A DNA stretch of 64,000 bases from an uncultured Gammaproteobacteria bacterium. GTDB taxonomy: Bacteria > Patescibacteriota > Microgenomatia > UBA8517. Numbering within the stretch: the first letter of the stretch is position 1; each line of letters starts with the position of its first letter. The position numbers and the translations under genes were made by a program. The notes beneath the pieces were generated by a model, which was not told the origin of the DNA, did no database searches, and saw only the letters and a list, made by a program, of their open reading frames with translations. This document shows positions 28,158 to 37,757 of the stretch, in pieces. The DNA lies in the NCBI GenBank assembly GCA_964427735.1, contig CAYRUS010000002.1:67734-131733 (forward strand). Reading direction: 5' to 3'.

Positions 28158-30227
28158 GTGGCCAAAATAGCAGAAGATATTAAGACTGATATCCAGATTT
28201 ACAAGTCTTTGTTTGAAAACGTGGGTGAGCTTTGCCCGGACGTGATTTATATGCTTTCCAAAACCGGCCGTATAAACTATTTATCTCCATCCTTCGAGAA
28301 AGTAACTGGATGGAAATCACAAAAATGGATTGGAAAACATTTTAGGACGCTTGTACATCCCCATGACTTACCTAAGGCTCTAACTCATTTTATGTACAAC
28401 CTGGCAGGGAAACCATCTTCGCCATATATTTTAAGAATAAAAAGCAAAAATGAAGGGTATCTACTTATTGAATTTAACAGTACTTTTATCAAAAAAAACG
28501 GACAAGTAGCAGGCACTGTGGGATTTGCTAAGAATCTAACAAAAGAAATAAAAACAGATGAAAGAAAAAAATCTTTAGCAGAAGCATCAAAACTCCTATC
28601 CTCTTCATTGGATTATGAGAAAACCCTAGGAAGTGCAGCAAAGCTAATAGTGCCACGATTAGCTAACTGGTGCACAATCTATCTTCTAGAAGATAATAAA
28701 CTAAAAAAAATTGTAACTAAGACCTCTCATTCTAAGCTAAACAAGGACTTAGAAAAAATAATCTCAACACAAAAAAATATAGAAAAAAATATGAAATTCG
28801 GATCTTACCATGTAATAAAAACAAAAGAACCTCAGCTATACAAAAACCTCACACCACAACTAATCAAAGAAATGACAGGTATAAAAGAGTTTGGCAAATT
28901 AGTTAAAAAATACAATATCAAGTCTGCTATAGCAGTACCAATCATTTCCAGAAAAAAGGTTTTAGGAACAATCACATTTGCTTCGTTTCAAACTACTTAT
29001 GAAGAGAATGATCTGGAATTTGCTATAGAAATAGGAAAACGTGCAGGTCACGCAATTGATAATTCTCAACTTTATAAAAACGCACAAGAAGAAATTGAAG
29101 CAAGAAAATTAATCACTAAAGAGCTAGAACAGTCAAAAGAACAACTAGAAGTAATCATAGAAAATATTGCTGATGGAATCACAGTTCAAAATAATAAAGG
29201 TGAATTAATTCTGGCAAATAAAGCAGCCGCAGAAATCAGCGGCTACTCTTCTGCTGAAAAAATGATCGAAAAACCCAATCAATGGCTCAAAAATTTCAAA
29301 CTCAGAGACAGGAATGAGAAACCATATAACCTTAAGAATCTCCCGGAAAAAAGAGCTTTAAAAAAAGCCCTACCACAAGAAGATTTGATTCACTTAATCG
29401 ATAAAAAAGGCCAGAAAGAAAATTGGTTGCATATAAAAGCAATGCCTGTGTACACAAGTAATGGGAAGATAAGAATGGTGGTAAACATCATTAGAGATGT
29501 TACAGAGGCAAAAATCATTGAAAAACAAAAAGATATTTTTATAAGCATGGCTAGTCATGAATTAAGAACCCCACTAACAAGTGTTAAGCTCTACTCCCAA
29601 GCACTTAAAGGAAAAATGGAAAAAAATAAAGATCTTAAACCTCTTTTTGAAAACATGAATTTACAGTTAAACAAAATAAACATTTTAATAGAAGATTTGT
29701 TAAATGTTTCTCGAATGAAAACAGGAAAACTTGAAATTAGAAAAAGACGATTTAATTTTGATAAGTTTGTAAGAACACTTGTAAATAATTTACAAGTAGT
29801 TAAAAAAACACATAAGTTTAAACTTGACAGTAACTACAAAGGAATGGTTTCTGCAGATAAAGATAGAATTGAGCAAGTTCTAGTAAATTTTATTACAAAT
29901 GCAATTAAATACTCCCCTATAGAAAGTACAATTCATATTAAATCTGTAAAGGTAGGAGATAAACTAGTGGTATCTGTAAAGGATGTTGGATCAGGAATTG
30001 CCAAAAAGCACCAAGAGAAAATCTTTGAACAGTTTTATAGAGTAGATAATAATCATACTGCTACTTCTGGTTTAGGATTAGGACTTTTTATATCTAAAAA
30101 AATTATTGAAAAACACAAAGGGAAAATTTGGCTAAAAAGCAAACCCAGGGAAGGATCGACATTTTACTTCTCTTTACCAATTAAAAGTGAGTTGCCAGAA
30201 AATAATAATCTGTATATTAATAGCTGA
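28158..30227 (+). CDS. Sensor histidine kinase with PAS–GAF–PAS sensory domains and a HisKA+HATPase core. GTG start. Cytoplasmic with no TM segment. No adjacent response regulator.
   Basis: H-box MASHELRTPLTSV. N-box/G-box VNFITNAIKYSP...VKDVGSGIAKKHQEKIFEQFYR...GLGLGLFISKKIIEKHKGKIWLKS. Confidence 0.8.
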   Translation: MAKIAEDIKTDIQIYKSLFENVGELCPDVIYMLSKTGRINYLSPSFEKVTGWKSQKWIGKHFRTLVHPHDLPKALTHFMYNLAGKPSSPYILRIKSKNEGYLLIEFNSTFIKKNGQVAGTVGFAKNLTKEIKTDERKKSLAEASKLLSSSLDYEKTLGSAAKLIVPRLANWCTIYLLEDNKLKKIVTKTSHSKLNKDLEKIISTQKNIEKNMKFGSYHVIKTKEPQLYKNLTPQLIKEMTGIKEFGKLVKKYNIKSAIAVPIISRKKVLGTITFASFQTTYEENDLEFAIEIGKRAGHAIDNSQLYKNAQEEIEARKLITKELEQSKEQLEVIIENIADGITVQNNKGELILANKAAAEISGYSSAEKMIEKPNQWLKNFKLRDRNEKPYNLKNLPEKRALKKALPQEDLIHLIDKKGQKENWLHIKAMPVYTSNGKIRMVVNIIRDVTEAKIIEKQKDIFISMASHELRTPLTSVKLYSQALKGKMEKNKDLKPLFENMNLQLNKINILIEDLLNVSRMKTGKLEIRKRRFNFDKFVRTLVNNLQVVKKTHKFKLDSNYKGMVSADKDRIEQVLVNFITNAIKYSPIESTIHIKSVKVGDKLVVSVKDVGSGIAKKHQEKIFEQFYRVDNNHTATSGLGLGLFISKKIIEKHKGKIWLKSKPREGSTFYFSLPIKSELPENNNLYINS

Positions 30228-30270
30228 TACTAAATTTTTTTGTTTTGACAAAAAAGATTTTAACTGGATC

Positions 30271-30942
30271 TCAACTCTTCATAACTGCATAAACCACAAG
30301 TCTGTGAGAATAATCATTTAATTCAGGAATGTAATTCCCTGTACATGTAATTAGATTTAGCCGTTTCACATCTTTTTGACTGTAAACTTTTTGTATAGGA
30401 AAGTCTTTTTCTGGATAAACTTCTCTTTCTACAATTTCGAAAATCTTTATTTGACCTTTTGAATCAACTATTTTTATTTCATCTCCTAATTTGACATCAC
30501 TTAATCTATAAAAAACACCAGGACTTCCATCCTCAATTTTATAATGACCTGCTAAAACTGCACTTCCTAATTCTCCAGGAGATGTACCGAACTTCCACCA
30601 ACCTACGGTTGAATTATCAGATGGCACACCCATCCTGCCATCAGAAGTTTTCCCCTCTTCAATAACAGGGGCATTAAGCCCAATCTGTTCAATGATAACT
30701 TTTACAGGTATTTCTCTAGTTTTTTCTATTTCTTGAGATTCACTTGTGGCATCACTTGCTTTTACTTCCAAGTTATCAATATTCTTTTCTACAAATTCCG
30801 AAGTGTTGTTTTCTTTTATTTGTTTTTGTTCTTGATCTAAAAAATTATATGAAGTATTTGCCTGGACTTTTAAAAGCAGGACAGGTATCAAAAAAGCTAA
30901 TGGCAGTACTTTAGCAAGTCTCACGGAAATGCATTGTACCAC
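30271..30942 (-). CDS. Sortase family transpeptidase with an N-terminal TM anchor
   Basis: His LAGHY, LNLITCTGN (TLxTC catalytic Cys) and RLVVYA (conserved Arg). Confidence 0.75.
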   Translation of the reverse strand: MVQCISVRLAKVLPLAFLIPVLLLKVQANTSYNFLDQEQKQIKENNTSEFVEKNIDNLEVKASDATSESQEIEKTREIPVKVIIEQIGLNAPVIEEGKTSDGRMGVPSDNSTVGWWKFGTSPGELGSAVLAGHYKIEDGSPGVFYRLSDVKLGDEIKIVDSKGQIKIFEIVEREVYPEKDFPIQKVYSQKDVKRLNLITCTGNYIPELNDYSHRLVVYAVMKS

Positions 30943-31008
30943 AAATTAAAATATATTCACTAAATACAATTTTAGTAAAAGGCTTTTGAAATTTAGAGAA
31001 TAAATATC

Positions 31009-31611
31009 TCAACTAGAATCGATGATCTCCTCTAGCTCTGTATAAACTACTAACCTATCAACATAATTTTCTTCAGTCCGATCAAAAAAACCGCTACATG
31101 TAATGAGGTTTAAGCGACTTTTGTCTTTTTGAGCAAATACCTTCTCTATAGGAAAATTTTCATCGTTATAGATTGTTTTATCAGTTACTTTATATACATA
31201 AACTCGACCTTTTTTGTCTCTCACTCTTATTTCGTCACCAGTATTAAGATCTCTTAAATTAAAAAATATTCCGGCTCCACCTTCTCTTCTATCAATGTGT
31301 CCTGCCAAGACCATACTTCCCAACTCCCCCGGCTTTGCCCCATGTGTCCACCAGCCTGCTTTGTTTTCATCCTGAGGAACATCCATTCTGCCATCATCTG
31401 CTTTTCCAACATTTTCTATATCAACTACCAGAGATAGGGCTGGTATAAAAACTTGTTCTGGATGGTTTTGTTTTGTAGTGGTTTCAACGGCATTAACAGC
31501 ATTTACATAAAAATTAGAAACTTTTATTTTTGCCTTTTGCCCGGCATTAAATCCAATAATAATTGAAATAACTATTACAATTATTGGAATTATATGAAGC
31601 AATTTTTTCAT
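31009..31611 (-). CDS. Sortase family transpeptidase (second paralog) with an N-terminal TM anchor
   Basis: VLAGHID, LNLITCSGF and RLVVYT. Confidence 0.75.
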   Translation of the reverse strand: MKKLLHIIPIIVIVISIIIGFNAGQKAKIKVSNFYVNAVNAVETTTKQNHPEQVFIPALSLVVDIENVGKADDGRMDVPQDENKAGWWTHGAKPGELGSMVLAGHIDRREGGAGIFFNLRDLNTGDEIRVRDKKGRVYVYKVTDKTIYNDENFPIEKVFAQKDKSRLNLITCSGFFDRTEENYVDRLVVYTELEEIIDSS

Positions 31612-31627
31612 ATTTTTAACTCTTGTT

Positions 31628-31656
31628 GGAAGGCGTCTTTTTTAAAGACGCCTTCC
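31628..31656. promoter_or_regulatory. Perfect 29-bp palindrome GGAAGGCGTCTTTTTTAAAGACGCCTTCC between the small secreted-protein gene and the sortase gene. Hairpin or protein-binding site. No U-tract, so not a classic intrinsic terminator.
   Basis: Read directly from the sequence. Confidence 0.4.
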
Positions 31657-31672
31657 GTGATCTAAACTAGGT

Positions 31673-31897
31673 TTACAATGTACCAAAACCAGTTCTTGGT
31701 GCTGCATCTGGTACTTCATCGTCGTCTACTATAATCGTCGTATCGTCATCATCGTCATCTATTGTTGATGTTGGTGTCGATGTTGGTGTAGGAGAAGGAG
31801 TTGCTGTTTGTGCAAAAGCTACTCCAAAGGAAGCAACCAGAGCAAACATGGCAAGTGCTAGAACTGTTACTATATATTTTTTCATATTCTTCATCAC
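31673..31897 (-). CDS. Small secreted acidic protein (74 aa): signal peptide, TPSPTPTSTPTST linker, poly-Asp, C-terminal ...PRTGFGTL
   Basis: ORF track. Signal peptide MMKNMKKYIVTVLALAMFALVASFGVAFA. Sits immediately upstream of two sortase genes on the same strand. Confidence 0.45.
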   Translation of the reverse strand: MMKNMKKYIVTVLALAMFALVASFGVAFAQTATPSPTPTSTPTSTIDDDDDDTTIIVDDDEVPDAAPRTGFGTL

Positions 31898-32011
31898 CTC
31901 CTTTCAATTACATATTGGAGTATTTCAATCTAATGTAGGAGATTATGTTGCATGAAGTAAGAAACTAGTAAATGGCATGGATTATGTAATCTGGGCAAGG
32001 AATTATATCTT

Positions 32012-32608
32012 TTAACCTAAACTCTTCCAAAGATATCTTGAAGCGATTGTTCTATAAGGACTCCAGTTAGATGAAATTTTATTTATTACGTCTAAGTCTT
32101 CTCTTTCAACTTTATAATGCTTTGCCACAGCAGTTCTTAAACCCAAATCCCCAACCGAGAATATATCCTGACGATTAAGTGCATGCATTAAAAACATCTC
32201 TGCTGTCCATCTTCCCACACCTTTAATCTCAACAAGCTTTTTTATAGCATCTTCATCACTCATTTCTCTCATCTCTTCAAAGTCCAAATCTCCTTTTAAA
32301 ACTGCATCTGAGATTCCTTTAATATATGCTATTTTGGAAAAGGAGAGACCACATTTTCTTAATTCCTCATCAGATAATGCCAAAATTGATCCAGGTTTAA
32401 TGGGTTTTATCTGAACAAGGTCTATCACTCTTGAATAAATAGTATCAGCTGCTTTAGTAGACAATTGTTGACTAATAATTGATGATATTAAATCTTCATA
32501 AGGATCTACACTAGAATAACTCGCTAACGGATGGTTGGCTTTTATTATTTTAGCCATAATAGGATCTTTTTTTAAATGAATTTCAGCGTCAGCGTACAAA
32601 TATTTCAT
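32012..32608 (-). CDS. alkA: DNA-3-methyladenine glycosylase II (AlkA-like, HhH-GPD superfamily)
   Basis: HhH-GPD EIKGVGRWTAEMFLMHALNRQDIFSVGDLGL with a catalytic Asp. Confidence 0.8.
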   Translation of the reverse strand: MKYLYADAEIHLKKDPIMAKIIKANHPLASYSSVDPYEDLISSIISQQLSTKAADTIYSRVIDLVQIKPIKPGSILALSDEELRKCGLSFSKIAYIKGISDAVLKGDLDFEEMREMSDEDAIKKLVEIKGVGRWTAEMFLMHALNRQDIFSVGDLGLRTAVAKHYKVEREDLDVINKISSNWSPYRTIASRYLWKSLG

Positions 32609-33068
32609 AAAACTGATTATACTTTAAATTTAATTGAACATAACTATATTTATTCCCAAGTCTTTATCTCGGTCTGTGGTGATCTTAATTTTTTTGGAGT
32701 TAAAATTAACAGTAGAAAATTTAAGAACTTGAGGAAGAATTAAATCGGCAATCAACCCAATTACTGATGAAAAACTCATAATAATTCCCATAAAGGCTGC
32801 ACTACCAAGAGAGGTTTGGATAAAATCCAGAACCCAGAAACTCAAGATTGCATCAGGAAGTAATACAAAAAAAGCACTAATGAGTATGTAACAATCCCAT
32901 ACCAACCAGTTAAACCAACTTTCCGAATATGGTTTCTAAGAATCATCATTAAATTTTATCTACTTTTAAGTAAACTTGCTATTTGTATCTCTCATAAAAT
33001 ACTTACACCTGCCTAACTCTTACTTAACTGATGTTATTTATAGTGATAACAGAAAGGAGGTGAAATTA

Positions 33069-33638
33069 ATGGCAGATAAAAAATACGCAGTCGGACTTTT
33101 CAGTAATTACAAAGGTGCAAATAAAGCTGTAACGAAGTTAATTGATGAAATTGGTTATGAGGCAGATGATATTAGCATTTTTGGAAGAGAAGTTGAGATA
33201 TCTGAATACACTACAAATACAAAAAACACAGAAGATGTGTCCGACGGAGCAGCTACAGGTGCAGCTATCGGTGGTATCGGAGGATTACTTGCTGGAATAG
33301 GTGCAATAACTATCCCCGGTATTGGTCCTGTGATCACTGCAGGTACTTTGGCTGCGGCTCTTGGAGCCACAGCACTAGGAGCAGCCGGTGGAGGTATAAT
33401 CGGTGCTTTAGTTGATGCCGGCATACCCGACGACGATGCTCAATATTATGCAGAAGGCGTAAAACGAGGCGGCATCCTTGTAGCAGTAAAAGCTAACGGA
33501 AACACTGATGAAATTAACGAGATATTTAGGAAAAGCGGTGCTGTTGATATCGACAATTTCAGATCAGAACTTAAAGAGGGTGACTGGGAAGGATTTGACG
33601 AAGACACAGTACCAGATGCTAAATACCCGTCTTTATAA
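33069..33638 (+). CDS. YflT/DUF1269-like general stress protein with a Gly-zipper membrane segment
   Basis: RBS AGGAGGTGaaattaATG (start moved from the ORF-track start 32976). KKYAVGLFSNYKGANKAVTKLIDEIGYEADDISIFGRE. Central GAAIGGIGGLLAGIGAITIPGIGPVITAGTLAAALGA. Confidence 0.6.
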   Translation: MADKKYAVGLFSNYKGANKAVTKLIDEIGYEADDISIFGREVEISEYTTNTKNTEDVSDGAATGAAIGGIGGLLAGIGAITIPGIGPVITAGTLAAALGATALGAAGGGIIGALVDAGIPDDDAQYYAEGVKRGGILVAVKANGNTDEINEIFRKSGAVDIDNFRSELKEGDWEGFDEDTVPDAKYPSL

Positions 33639-33653
33639 CTTTAGTTGAACAAT

Positions 33654-33686
33654 ATCAGCCTGAGTATGACTCAGGCTGATTATTTA
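33654..33686. terminator. Bidirectional intrinsic terminator hairpin (12-bp perfect stem ATCAGCCTGAGT/ACTCAGGCTGAT) between convergent genes
   Basis: Seen in sequence. Followed by T-rich tatttag on + and an A/T-rich run on the opposite side. Confidence 0.55.
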
Positions 33687-33693
33687 GAGATCA

Positions 33694-34539
33694 TTAATTA
33701 TCGTAATAACCGTTTCCATTACCGTTGTTTTCGATTCTAATTTCTAATACTTCCTCGGCTTTACTGATTGCCTCTTTATTATCCCCTAAATCAGGAATTA
33801 CGTGATCTTTAATGTACATATCAACTAAATAAGGTCCGTTTGAATAATTCTTTTTAAATTCTTTTAATACGGTTATTAATGACTCAATAACTGTATCATC
33901 CACTTTTTCAGAATCTTTGATTACTTTTACTAAATCTGCCAAAAAATCTTCACGTAACGCAGGCTTTCCATATTCTGTCTTCCTACCCACGTAAGCTTGT
34001 AATGTCTCAAAACCCAAGACAGCAGCATTCATCGTTCTTCTGTTACCATCGTGTAACACAAACGCACTACCCTCTGAATCATCCTCGTGTACAAGTATTG
34101 GATAATTGTCGCGATTAAAATCTATTGGATCATACAAGTATTCTTTTCTTTCTTCGCTGTCCAATTCTTTTAAAATTTTCCCTGCTTCCACTGGTTTATA
34201 ATCCACACTTTCTAATAACTCACCGATTTTCCCTCCAAACATCTTCACTCTTAGCCCTTCCAGGGGTACTTCTTCTAAACTCCACCTATATGCGTTTCCT
34301 CTTAGCATTCTGTAGTGTCCTTTAAGCATATATCCAGAAGATAAGCCTGCAATTAGTCTCCAAAATCTGTCTGCGTTGTACTGATTTCTGTATTGCCGCA
34401 CATAATAACGTATATGATCATAAAACTCCTGTCTTGCTTCAGGAAACATTTTTATCATCTCTCTGATGACAAATTCTTCTGCAATATCAGCCGGATCCAC
34501 ATTTTCGCGAATTACCTTTGTTTGTACGGCAGCTGCCAT
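33694..34539 (-). CDS. Hypothetical protein. A VLHDGNRR motif weakly recalls ParB/Srx-type nuclease folds.
   Basis: ORF track. Weak motif only. Confidence 0.35.
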   Translation of the reverse strand: MAAAVQTKVIRENVDPADIAEEFVIREMIKMFPEARQEFYDHIRYYVRQYRNQYNADRFWRLIAGLSSGYMLKGHYRMLRGNAYRWSLEEVPLEGLRVKMFGGKIGELLESVDYKPVEAGKILKELDSEERKEYLYDPIDFNRDNYPILVHEDDSEGSAFVLHDGNRRTMNAAVLGFETLQAYVGRKTEYGKPALREDFLADLVKVIKDSEKVDDTVIESLITVLKEFKKNYSNGPYLVDMYIKDHVIPDLGDNKEAISKAEEVLEIRIENNGNGNGYYDN

Positions 34540-34666
34540 ATATACAAAGATACAATTAACCCGTAAGAGAACAGTAAATTTTAAGCTAAGAAGAAGTAAT
34601 ACACCACTTACATAATTTTTAGCAAAATTTCATCTTATTGTAAGTCTTATCATTTATTTTTATTTA

Positions 34667-35527
34667 ATGGATAGTCTCTCTGCTATAGCCACGATAAATT
34701 TGTGGGAAGATAATATTTGGCTAGAAAGACGAGGATATTTATTTGACACTTTAAAAGAAAATGATTTAACCGCTGAAAAAGGAGTTATTTTATCACTTCA
34801 AGAGGTAAAACGAGTGAGTCACGACCCTTTACTTGAATTAGCTGAAGCACTTAATTTTAACAACAGTCATGTTTATTATTTCCCTACTATGGAGTCAGGT
34901 AACTATGGACTTGGTGTAATTTCCAATTTACCTGTAATAAGAGAAGAATTTCAAGCATTTAGTTTTGACATAAATGATCCTTATGAATTTGGACAACGTG
35001 GCATAGGAATGCTGGAATTTGAACTTAAACAGGGTAGAATGCACTTTGGAGTTACTCATCTATCTGTGAGTAGAAGAATGCAGTACATTCAGGGTCGTGA
35101 GTGCATAATTCAGTTAAAAAATTTTGCAGTGGATGGGATAAATGTAAGCGAGGACACAAAAGAAAAACTTAAAAATCTAAGATTGATAGACCTTTGTTCA
35201 TACACAGATATGGCTTTAACTGGCGACTTTAATGCAAGTCCAGATACACCTCTCTATGAACTTTACACTAAAACAGGATTGCATGATCTGACCAAAAATA
35301 TACAGAAAACCTGCCACTACACTTGGCCTTCTAGTATTGACTGGTTTATTGAAGTGCACAAAAAACATTGGGGTTCAGAACCTCCATATAATGTAAAGAG
35401 ACTGCAAAGATGGATGGATTATATTTGGACATGTAAATTTGATCCTAAGGAAGTACGTTTACTAGGACAAAAACCAAGAAATAAGACCTATGTCTCAGAT
35501 CATCTAATTCCTGTTGCCTATTTTTAG
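34667..35527 (+). CDS. Endonuclease/exonuclease/phosphatase (EEP) family protein
   Basis: VILSLQEV, TGDFNASPDT and C-terminal VSDHLIP motifs. Confidence 0.6.
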   Translation: MDSLSAIATINLWEDNIWLERRGYLFDTLKENDLTAEKGVILSLQEVKRVSHDPLLELAEALNFNNSHVYYFPTMESGNYGLGVISNLPVIREEFQAFSFDINDPYEFGQRGIGMLEFELKQGRMHFGVTHLSVSRRMQYIQGRECIIQLKNFAVDGINVSEDTKEKLKNLRLIDLCSYTDMALTGDFNASPDTPLYELYTKTGLHDLTKNIQKTCHYTWPSSIDWFIEVHKKHWGSEPPYNVKRLQRWMDYIWTCKFDPKEVRLLGQKPRNKTYVSDHLIPVAYF

Positions 35528-35557
35528 TCTTAATTTATTTATTACTAAATATAGTAT

Positions 35558-36535
35558 ATGGAAACATTTTTAGATATATTTATTTTAATGAAAGAAATAA
35601 AACAAAAAAATTTAGATCAGATACTAACGTACAATTTAATGGAAAACGGTATAGTTCCTGAGAGAATCCAAACAATAATCGATAATTTGGTAGAAGCACG
35701 CTTTACACCAAACAGAAATGTAGTTATGTCGTTTCAAGAAGTAAGAAAAGAAAAGTGGTTTGTGATGTGGCAAGTTGCACGAGCTTTGGGATTTGGTATT
35801 AAAAATAATCTTAGATTTTACCCTTCTAGAGGTCAAAATTATGGAAATGGTTTTATTACAAATATGGAAATATTAAGAGATAAAAACACCTTACTATCAC
35901 CAGGAAACCCAGAAGCGATGGAACAAGGTGCAGCAATATTAGAAATTAATACACCAAATACTCCTACAATAATAGTCAATTTACACCTTACTTTTAGAAA
36001 AAATTATCAAATAGAGCAAGCAATGCAAGCAATTACTAGCCTGAAACAATTTATTATTGATAGTCTTTCTCCTCAAACAAGATGGGAAAACCAACATTTA
36101 GATCTTCTAACAACTGCTCAACTTTCTTTTGACAGTAATAGAAAAATATTACTTGTCGGCGATACAAACGGCTATGAAGATACTAAGGTTTTTCAATATT
36201 TTGAAAGCGAAGGCTTCGAAGATCTAACGAAACCACTAGAAAATGAAAGCAACCCTTCATGGCCTGTGGATATTAATTGGTATTTAGAAATAAATAAAAA
36301 CCACTGGAAAAAGAATTCAGATGATCTTGGTTATGATATCTATGGTGAGGCAAGAAATGTCGATAAAATTTATGCTTTTGGGATAATCCCACTATCCATT
36401 GCCCGATTTGGAGATAAACCAGGTAAAAACGGATATTTTGGTTCAGATCATTTTGGTTATAAGGCTTTTTTTACTCAAAAACAAAACAGTAACATCAGCA
36501 TTCCACATCCAAAAATTAGTCTTAAATACTTCTGA
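35558..36535 (+). CDS. EEP family protein, divergent tandem paralog of the previous gene
   Basis: VVMSFQEV, LLVGDTNGYED and GSDHFGY motifs. Confidence 0.55.
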   Translation: METFLDIFILMKEIKQKNLDQILTYNLMENGIVPERIQTIIDNLVEARFTPNRNVVMSFQEVRKEKWFVMWQVARALGFGIKNNLRFYPSRGQNYGNGFITNMEILRDKNTLLSPGNPEAMEQGAAILEINTPNTPTIIVNLHLTFRKNYQIEQAMQAITSLKQFIIDSLSPQTRWENQHLDLLTTAQLSFDSNRKILLVGDTNGYEDTKVFQYFESEGFEDLTKPLENESNPSWPVDINWYLEINKNHWKKNSDDLGYDIYGEARNVDKIYAFGIIPLSIARFGDKPGKNGYFGSDHFGYKAFFTQKQNSNISIPHPKISLKYF

Positions 36536-36856
36536 GTATTTTTAGAAAAAAGTTAACTTTTCCAAAAAATATGCTTCTGGTTTTTTATAAAGATCAGTGG
36601 TTTTGTAACAATTACTAATTTACGCAATCTTTGCAGAATAATTATTTGGGTTTTGTTCGCGCTTGGTGCTGTAAAGTTTTTCCACCACTATATACTTGTG
36701 ATATTTGTTCATTTAAGTATTTTCATACCTTAAGATAGCTTGGTGTCATACAACCTAATTATTGAATTTATGAAGCAGTTTAGTAATATTTTCCATTTAT
36801 GGATGAATATTTATAGTTTATATAATATTTTGAATCTAATTGTAATTTTTATTGCT

Positions 36857-37414
36857 TTAAGATTGAAACCGAAGAGCATAATCTCCTCCAAAAACTTCTT
36901 TCATCTCAGAAGCATATTTATGATCTACTGATACATTGGAAAATATATCATCAACCCCTAACATAAATTCAAAGGGTAACCGTGCCTCTATATATCCATT
37001 GTTTCTAACAAACATAATACTTGAATATTTTTGTTCTTCAGTACCCTTGTATACTGTTAATACAATGCGTTGACTCTCAATGTTTCTATCCCTCTCATCT
37101 AAGCGATTAAGTTGGTGCCAGGATTGATAAGAACGAATTAATAACTCTTGATTTTTTTCAAGTAAGTTAATTAATTCTAAAGTAGGTTTATCTAAATCAG
37201 CTTCGCAATTAAGGAAAAATGAGCATGCAGCTTGTAAAAACATTTTTTGATTGTCCTCTGTAGGATCCTTTTTTAAAACCTCAATAAGAGTATTTAATCT
37301 TTGTTTCCGCTCTTTAATAGATATTTCTTCTTTCCTTGAAGTTTGCAGTCTAGTAAAATCAGTTGAAGTAGCATAAACTGATTTTCCTCCGGCTTCTGTA
37401 TTCCTCAAAGCCAT
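36857..37414 (-). CDS. Hypothetical protein
   Basis: ORF track. Confidence 0.35.
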   Translation of the reverse strand: MALRNTEAGGKSVYATSTDFTRLQTSRKEEISIKERKQRLNTLIEVLKKDPTEDNQKMFLQAACSFFLNCEADLDKPTLELINLLEKNQELLIRSYQSWHQLNRLDERDRNIESQRIVLTVYKGTEEQKYSSIMFVRNNGYIEARLPFEFMLGVDDIFSNVSVDHKYASEMKEVFGGDYALRFQS

Positions 37415-37533
37415 ACTCCACTATACATTAAGACTTTACCCACTGCAAGTTAATTTTACGACTGCCCCTTTTTACTATAGATACAATTTGATAAAATACA
37501 TTTAATTAGTGTATTTGGAAGGAGGCGAAATTA

Positions 37534-37740
37534 ATGGTTGTAGTCAAAAAGAAAAAAGGAGAATCAGTAGATAGATTAATATCAAGATTCAAGAAAAAAG
37601 TCCTCAATTCAGGGATTTTGTTTGAAGCTCGAGAAAGAGAGCGTCATACCAAAAAATCCGAAGAAAGAAAGGAAAGAAAAATGCGTCTTAAACATGAGCA
37701 TGAACTAGAAAGACGCCGTGCAAAAAGAGAGCAACTATAA
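37534..37740 (+). CDS. rpsU: 30S ribosomal protein S21
   Basis: RBS GGAAGGAGGcgaaattaATG. KGESVDRLISRFKKKVLNSGILFEARERERHTKKSEERKERK, with S21 spacing and a basic tail. Confidence 0.75.
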   Translation: MVVVKKKKGESVDRLISRFKKKVLNSGILFEARERERHTKKSEERKERKMRLKHEHELERRRAKREQL

Positions 37741-37757
37741 GGATTTCTTATTCAGTT

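Noticed and set aside
30228-30270. AT-only hairpin TTTTTTGTTTTGACAAAAAA after the histidine kinase as a terminator
   Set aside because: Stem is entirely A/T with no G-C pairs. It is too weak to call, although convergent transcription must end here.
31673-31700. C-terminal PRTG in the 74-aa protein as an LPXTG sortase signal
   Set aside because: The motif is APRTG, not LPXTG, and is followed by only four residues with no hydrophobic anchor or basic tail. Kept as a hypothesis in the findings, but not called a sorting signal.
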